Shown: piece after piece, positions 59,301 through 64,000 of the stretch
Numbering within the stretch: position 1 is the stretch's first letter
Layout: each line of letters starts with the position of its first letter
NCBI GenBank assembly: GCA_965153285.1
Contig: OZ229115.1
Source of the DNA: Podarcis tiliguerta
Taxonomy: Eukaryota
Direction: 5' to 3' (one strand)
Length of the DNA: 64,000 nucleotides
The notes under the pieces: generated by a model
The model's input: only the letters and a program-made list of their open reading frames with translations
Told to the model about the DNA's origin: nothing
Database searches by the model: none
Made by a program: the position numbers and the translations under genes

Positions 59301-62300
59301 TCCGGCACCTTGAAGGAAACAAGCATGCTTCAGTTAAATGCCCTGCTAGAGGGAAGCAGCGCTGGGGCAGGGACCACACCACAAGGTACAAACCAGAGCC
59401 CTCAAAGAGCGGAAAGCAAACATATACTTAAAGTATGTCACCCAAAGCATCCTGGGAACTGTAGCTTTGTCAGGGGTAAACTGCAGTTCCCAGGAATATT
59501 TGAGGGAAGCCACGTGCTTTAAATGTGTGGTATGGATGCGACCCCCTGTTTTCATGGCGAAGCAACAAATCATTAAGATATTGATTATTTAAGACTATTT
59601 AAGGTATTTAAGATATTTATTATTGCTGTACTTTCACTGCTAGGGAGGGGGAGAAGTGCCTGTGGGATTTTCCATCTCAAGTGCCAAAATAATGTGACTG
59701 GACTTAGGCTGGGGCATTTGCTCAGTCAACAAAACATCTGAGGCTGGTCCTGGAGGTGAGAAGGCACAAAGATCCCCTGCTCTGGTCATTTGGGTTCTCC
59801 TGAAGATTGGGTGGTCATCTGTCATGGATGCTTCAGCTGAGATTCCTGCGTTGTGGGGTGTTGATGACCCTCGGGGTCCCTTCCCACTCTGCAATTCTAT
59901 GGTACAGGGAGCACGCGTCAGCTGATCAATAATTAGGCACTGACACAGGAAAACATCCTGTGAGCACTGACAGAGTCTTGCCAAGACCATTAATGGTCCT
60001 TCACCACAGATAAACTGTAAATGGGTTTTATGGTTTTACGGTTTATCTCAGGGTATAAAATGGTAATGGTGCCTCTCCAGAAGCCACCTCTGTCACTGCT
60101 GGGGTCTCTGCTAGCTCCAAACATCTCCTACCTGCTCATGTAACCTGTGCACGTATCGCTGCAGGATTACAGATGTGATGTCATGTGATGCCACAGTGGT
60201 GCTCCTATTGGCTTCCTTTAGGCAGTCTATAGCGGTCAACAAAAGCTCTGTGATCTGTAGTGCTGTGAGGTACGGCAGAAATTCCTAAGAGAGGAGACAC
60301 AGGGGAGACACAGAGCTGAGAGGACAACAGCAAGGCAAGCTCAACTGGCAGGGCTTCCTTGTTCTAAGAGACCTTTGCAGGAAGGAATGAAAGGTTCTGT
60401 GGAGGAGCCCGTTCTTCTGCCACGTCACTTGGAAGTTAAATTCAACCAGCTACTCTGGAATTTGCTCCCAAGTAAAGGTGTACAGATTCAAAACCTTGTT
60501 CTCAGCTTTTCATCTTACGGAGAAAACCAGACCAGTTCTTCTAGCTCAGTACTGTCTTCACTGGCTGGTAATAAGTCTCCTGGGTTCCAGGCAGAGGACG
60601 TTCACAGCCCGGCCTGGAAATCCCATGGATTGAACCTGAGACCTTTCTTACCCAATGCATGTGCTCTCCCACTGATCTTACAGCTCTTCCACAAGTTTAA
60701 ATCAGAAAACTGAAAATGGGGGAGATCCCATGCATGCAAGCTCAGAAGCGCCACACAGTTCAATGGGTCTTTCCCCTCTCAAGGAAGTGCATGTAGAATT
60801 GCAGCACTGCTGACCTAGGATCTGAAAGTGGAAATCTTTGCCTCAAAACTCACTACAAAGATGTAGTAATAATTAGTTCCACTCCTACCTTACACCCTAT
60901 CAGGACTGAGTTACGATGGCCTCTGCAGTTTGCATATCCTCTGCATTGCATCATATCCAGAACTGAACAATTACCTGAATAATATGGGTGATATTTTGAT
61001 GAGACGTAGTAGGGTCATAGGAACCCAGAATCTCTTCATACAGTTGGATGTCTTCTGCTTCCAGGGAGTCACTTTTGTTTTCGAAGCCTAACGAGAAAAA
61101 GAGTGACTTTAAAGTTTCTCCAAGTGGAGAGTTTGCTCTCAGGCTGCCGTGTGGGTGTCTGGAGTTCGGAAAAAAGGGAGAGAAGGAGCCAGAATGGCTG
61201 GCTAATGACACATAATGGCCAGTGGCCAAACTGTTCCAGCCACATCTTTTGTTAGGGAAATTGCAGGAAAATGGCACAGAATGGCCAACAAACACTTTGG
61301 GACTCACCCAGAGCTAAGGTGGGTCTTGGGTTCAGTGTATGACAGCAACAACAGAAGTGTGTTTTGGAACAGGAAAGGAAGGCAGAAAGACACAGGCTGC
61401 TCCCAGGAAGCCACTATTTTGCAGGTGAGAATCAATTGCATGCCAACTAATTAAAGTTGTGAAGCTTGTTTATTTAGATGATAGGCATACTGCTCATTGT
61501 ACAAGCCACAGCACAGTTAAGCAACTAGAACAAAATAAGCTGTTTGCCTCCTCCAATGCTCCACTTGAACGTTTGCAAATAAAGCAAATATTACAGAAAT
61601 GGCATATATCTCTCATTGCCTCTTCTCCAAAAGGAAGCCAAACCCTGGATAGCATTGCCCCTGGAACCTGGAGATGCGGGGATGCATAACAATAACCTGG
61701 GTCGGCCTGCCCTGTTATGTACTGAAGTTCTCACCCTGGGCCAGCGGGGGGATACTGTAGATACTTATGCAAATGAAGGATTGAAAGTGATGTCAGTGAT
61801 TGGATAGTTTGTATGCAAATGAAGGATCGAAAGTGACGTTCAGTGATTGGATAGTTTTAGAAAGCTGCTACAGTTATGTTGCAGGCTGACTGAGCTCTTC
61901 AGTCCAGTTCTGTTGTGGCCTCTGAATAAAGAAGAGCTGTTTGAAGAATCGCTGTGTCGTCTGATATGTTCACCCACAACTTAACATGCCCCATTCCAAA
62001 ATCCTCATTAATTCTCAAATTAGCTCTGGAAACTGCAGAGTGGGTATCCTGCTGCAACTGAGATGTGACCACCCATGATTTGGCACTGAGCTATAGATCA
62101 ATAATATCTTCTCCACCAGGGACCTCTCTCAAAGTCCCACTTTGTAGCTCACTGTAGCCTTCTGCACAGTGAGGACTACAGGGGTTGTCAGCACAAAATC
62201 CAACACACTATGGCAGAGACAAAAGGAGCATCTGCTGTCTGCAGAACAGCTAACTAAATAAAAGCACTCTTTGCTGTTGCACAAAATGGGCATGTCTCTC

Positions 62301-63225
62301 CAGATTTTTGGAATCCCCTAACAATGATGCAATGCATCAAATTAATAGTCCCTGCTGTGGATCTTTCCAGAATACTTCTTTCCACATGAAATAACAGAAA
62401 GTTGTTTTGTAAACTTTAAGTTGGTGTGTGATTATTCAGCTGCAAAGCTGAAGGAAAGCACACACTGGCTTCTGATACCATTGAGAGACTAAGAAACAAC
62501 AAAGTGAATTGGACTCCTTGGCAGGTTTTGAATAAACACTCACAAACTTTTTATTGACAATAACCAGTCAGATAAATTAAGGATTTATACAGTTCTGTAA
62601 CATGCAGAGAATAGCATTTGTAGAGAAATGAGAGATTGGAACTGAGGGAAGTCGGGGGAGGGGAAGGTGGGTCATTTTATGGGGGGAGGGGGGAAATGGG
62701 GGGGAATCAAGGATGATATGTTTTAAGATAATATGTTTTGTTTAAATTCTTAATTAAAAAAATATTATTTTTAAAAAAGAGAGAGACTGCACCCCCTGCC
62801 TCGCAACAAGAACATTGCGGCAATAGGAAGACCAATCTGGCTCCACCCATTGGCTAGTGAAGGTTCCTTCTCCTTCCCCTCCCTGTTTCATGTCTGTTAG
62901 ATTGCAAACTTGTAGTCAGAGACTATCTTGTCTTTTGATATATGTGCAGTGCTTAGAAAATAGGCACCTTATAATAACAGTAGTCCTGTAGTTATTCGTC
63001 TGCATGTCTGTGCAGGTGTTTTGTCTTTTGCTAATGTGGGGGCCTGGAGTTTCTAAGCACCCCTGTTTTTTCTTCTGTGAAATGGGTATTATGTGGTGCC
63101 AACAACAGTTGATTCTTCTTCTTCTTTATTAAATTTATTAAACACCTTCTCTCACTGCAGGCAACTCAAGGAGTCTTGACAAAAAAAATATATTTCCAAA
63201 TGTGCCTTTGGGCCAAAAAGAAGAA

Positions 63226-63258
<33 letters not shown>

Positions 63259-63916
63259 AGAGAATCGGGGATTCCTGATATAATGCAATACTGCCTTTTC
63301 AGTACTGGCCCCAACTTGGTGGAATGCTCTGTCACAAGAGACTAGGGCCCTACGGGACTTGATATCTTTCCGCAGGGCCTGCAAGACAGAGCTGTTCCGC
63401 CTGACCTTTGGTTTGGACTCAGTCTGACCTTTATGTTTCCCTCCCCTTATGGTCTTGATTTATCGGCTACTTTAAAATGAGGCTGCATTTTAAATTGCAT
63501 TTTAACCTGTATTTTAAATTGGTCCCCCCCCCCCTTATGTTTTTACTGTGATTTTATTGTGTGTTAGCTGCCGTGAGCCTGGCTCTGGCCGGGGAGGGCG
63601 GGGTATAAGTAATAATAATAATAATAATAATAATAATTACCCAGATATAATAAAATATAGGACATAAGAAGAGAGTGTCAAGGGCAACAAGTCAATGGCT
63701 GCCAAATAAAGTACAGTCTACTACTTCTATATAGATGCACAGTTTGGATACTGGAGTTTTCACAGCTCCTATCTTACCCTTTTGGCGCAGCATAAGGGAG
63801 TACAGGAAATACATGCCTTCCATAGCCTGTTCACCAATTTCCTCTTGGGGGTCATTGAGACGCAGACACAGCTGACCAATCAGACGCCCAAGCTTAGGAC
63901 ATCCATCAGGTGACAC
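47150..63916 (-). CDS. MROH7: Maestro HEAT-like repeat protein, MROH7-like, 3' 15 exons; 5' part lies beyond the window
   Basis: complement join(63778..63916,60975..61087,60132..60284,59154..59308,58133..58265,57086..57249,55702..55839,55115..55229,54068..54208,52880..53044,51184..51339,50256..50378,49356..49458,48660..48722,47150..47394). Open in one frame with consistent phases. HEAT/maestro motifs (VRASAICLFG, LVPLLLHL, LMHDPDASV). Sits directly upstream of TTC4 on the same strand, as human MROH7 does. Family is secure; paralog identity rests on synteny. Confidence 0.85.
48660..48722 (-). CDS. MROH7: MROH7-like coding exon
   Basis: tttag|GT TTT...CAT G|gtaggt; GFLVQHMDSKAGTTDLEMIIH. Confidence 0.83.
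49356..49458 (-). CDS. MROH7: MROH7-like coding exon
   Basis: VQKQEANLQRFLYQDLYYTQSELLPIKRASIVFL. Confidence 0.87.
50256..50378 (-). CDS. MROH7: MROH7-like coding exon
   Basis: ECSYALNESFQFLGWKLP...LDETCQYL. Confidence 0.87.
51184..51339 (-). CDS. MROH7: MROH7-like coding exon (ends at a GC donor)
   Basis: ERASVRASAICLFGKMV...LVPLLLHLEEEDPDIHK|gcaagc. Confidence 0.83.
51485..51730. mobile_element. Tc1/mariner-type MITE, family A
   Basis: TACAGTGGTACCTCAGGTT ... AACCTGAGGTACCACTGTA. Confidence 0.87.
51751..51969 (-). repeat. Unclassified interspersed repeat fragment abutting a MITE
   Basis: CpG-containing segment ending in (CAA)n; resembles a repeat I recall from lacertid genomes, class uncertain. 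Confidence 0.35.
52880..53044 (-). CDS. MROH7: MROH7-like coding exon
   Basis: EEVKIVLPAMTKGL...ISLSLQELFSD. Confidence 0.87.
53075..53312. mobile_element. Older Tc1/mariner-type MITE, family B
   Basis: cagtcaaaccttggttcttgaacg ... cgttcgaaaactgaagtttcattgta; similar to 56077..56316. Confidence 0.7.
54068..54208 (-). CDS. MROH7: MROH7-like coding exon
   Basis: LLCMSEARRLPK...NPVIRALCIKGLVNIAYWIGK. Confidence 0.87.
55115..55229 (-). CDS. MROH7: MROH7-like coding exon
   Basis: [38 protein letters not shown]. Confidence 0.87.
55332..55676 (+). mobile_element. Sauria SINE, full length
   Basis: gggacgcgggtggcgctgtgggttaaacc...(ACCTTT)n tail; TSD taaccaaatgtt at 55319..55330 and 55677..55688. 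Confidence 0.9.
55702..55839 (-). CDS. MROH7: MROH7-like coding exon
   Basis: YIVAALKILLL...GWELLISCEDHHRGVGLIA. Confidence 0.87.
56077..56316. mobile_element. Tc1/mariner-type MITE, family B
   Basis: TACAGTTGTACCTTGGTTCTCGAAC ... GTTCGAGAACCAAGGTATGACTGTA. Confidence 0.8.
57086..57249 (-). CDS. MROH7: MROH7-like coding exon
   Basis: AASAFSKLL...YPRLLMALLVQVHYSI...EFEPV. Confidence 0.87.
57880..58070 (-). mobile_element. tRNA-derived SINE (Squam/MIR-like); related fragments near 13970, 23340, 50100, 60600
   Basis: Reverse complement has A box tagctcagtgg and B box agttcaatcc followed by a non-tRNA body. Confidence 0.55.
58133..58265 (-). CDS. MROH7: MROH7-like coding exon
   Basis: YASEMWHVL...LLKKLQQSPKVTGNYITPLA. 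Confidence 0.87.
59154..59308 (-). CDS. MROH7: MROH7-like coding exon
   Basis: VPEIVDKIYQQL...EVCSALLQCPLPID. Confidence 0.87.
60132..60284 (-). CDS. MROH7: MROH7-like coding exon
   Basis: EFLPYLTALQITELLLTAIDCLKEAN...VHRLHEQ. Confidence 0.85.
60975..61087 (-). CDS. MROH7: MROH7-like coding exon
   Basis: GFENKSDSLEAEDIQLYEEILGSYDPTTSHQNITHIIQ. Confidence 0.82.
61713..61986 (+). mobile_element. Solo LTR, 274 bp
   Basis: TGTTA...TAACA ends, exact 5-bp TSD TGCCC at 61708..61712 and 61987..61991, AATAAA at 61925. Confidence 0.82.
63218..63256. repeat. (GAA)n microsatellite
   Basis: Direct inspection. Confidence 0.9.
63300..63640 (+). mobile_element. L2/CR1-group LINE 3' end with (TAA)n tail
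   Basis: ttccgcagggcctgcaagacagagctgttccgc... then ggagggcgggtataa and a (TAA)n tail. Confidence 0.55.
63778..63916 (-). CDS. MROH7: MROH7-like coding exon
   Basis: VSPDGCPKLGRLIGQLCLRLNDPQEEIGEQAMEGMYFLYSLMLRQK. Confidence 0.85.
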
Positions 63917-64000
63917 CTGAATGGAGAAATTGAGAGTGCTGTCTTTTGACACAGAGGGGAAGAGAAGGAATCTTTGTGGTTCTTGAATGAAAAAAGTTCC

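Noticed and set aside
62645-62705. G-run cluster, potential G-quadruplex
   Set aside because: Lies in what looks like a LINE 3' UTR remnant; common and unremarkable

Overview
Vertebrate genomic DNA, almost certainly a squamate reptile (lacertid-like), judged from intact Sauria SINEs and squamate-type MITEs. The ORF track is mostly noise because the genes are spliced, so I rebuilt them by hand from splice junctions and reading-phase checks. Five genes, in order: (1) the 3' end of ACOT11 (+, 6 START-domain exons); (2) FAM151A (-), apparently reduced to a single DUF2181/menorin-like domain (about 341 aa); (3) a complete 3-exon TMEM205-like gene (+, 187 aa) at a position where I know of no such gene in human; (4) complete TTC4 (-, 10 exons, 385 aa); (5) the 3' 15 exons of a MROH7-like HEAT-repeat gene (-), with one GC-AG intron. 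Compared with my recollection of human 1p32, the MROH7-TTC4 block is inverted relative to ACOT11/FAM151A. Introns carry Sauria SINEs, Tc1/mariner and hAT MITEs, two solo LTRs with 5-bp TSDs, LINE remnants, microsatellites and a perfect 43-bp-arm inverted duplication. Gene identities and human comparisons come from recalled protein sequences, not database searches. No prokaryotic-type system, CRISPR array or rRNA gene is present.
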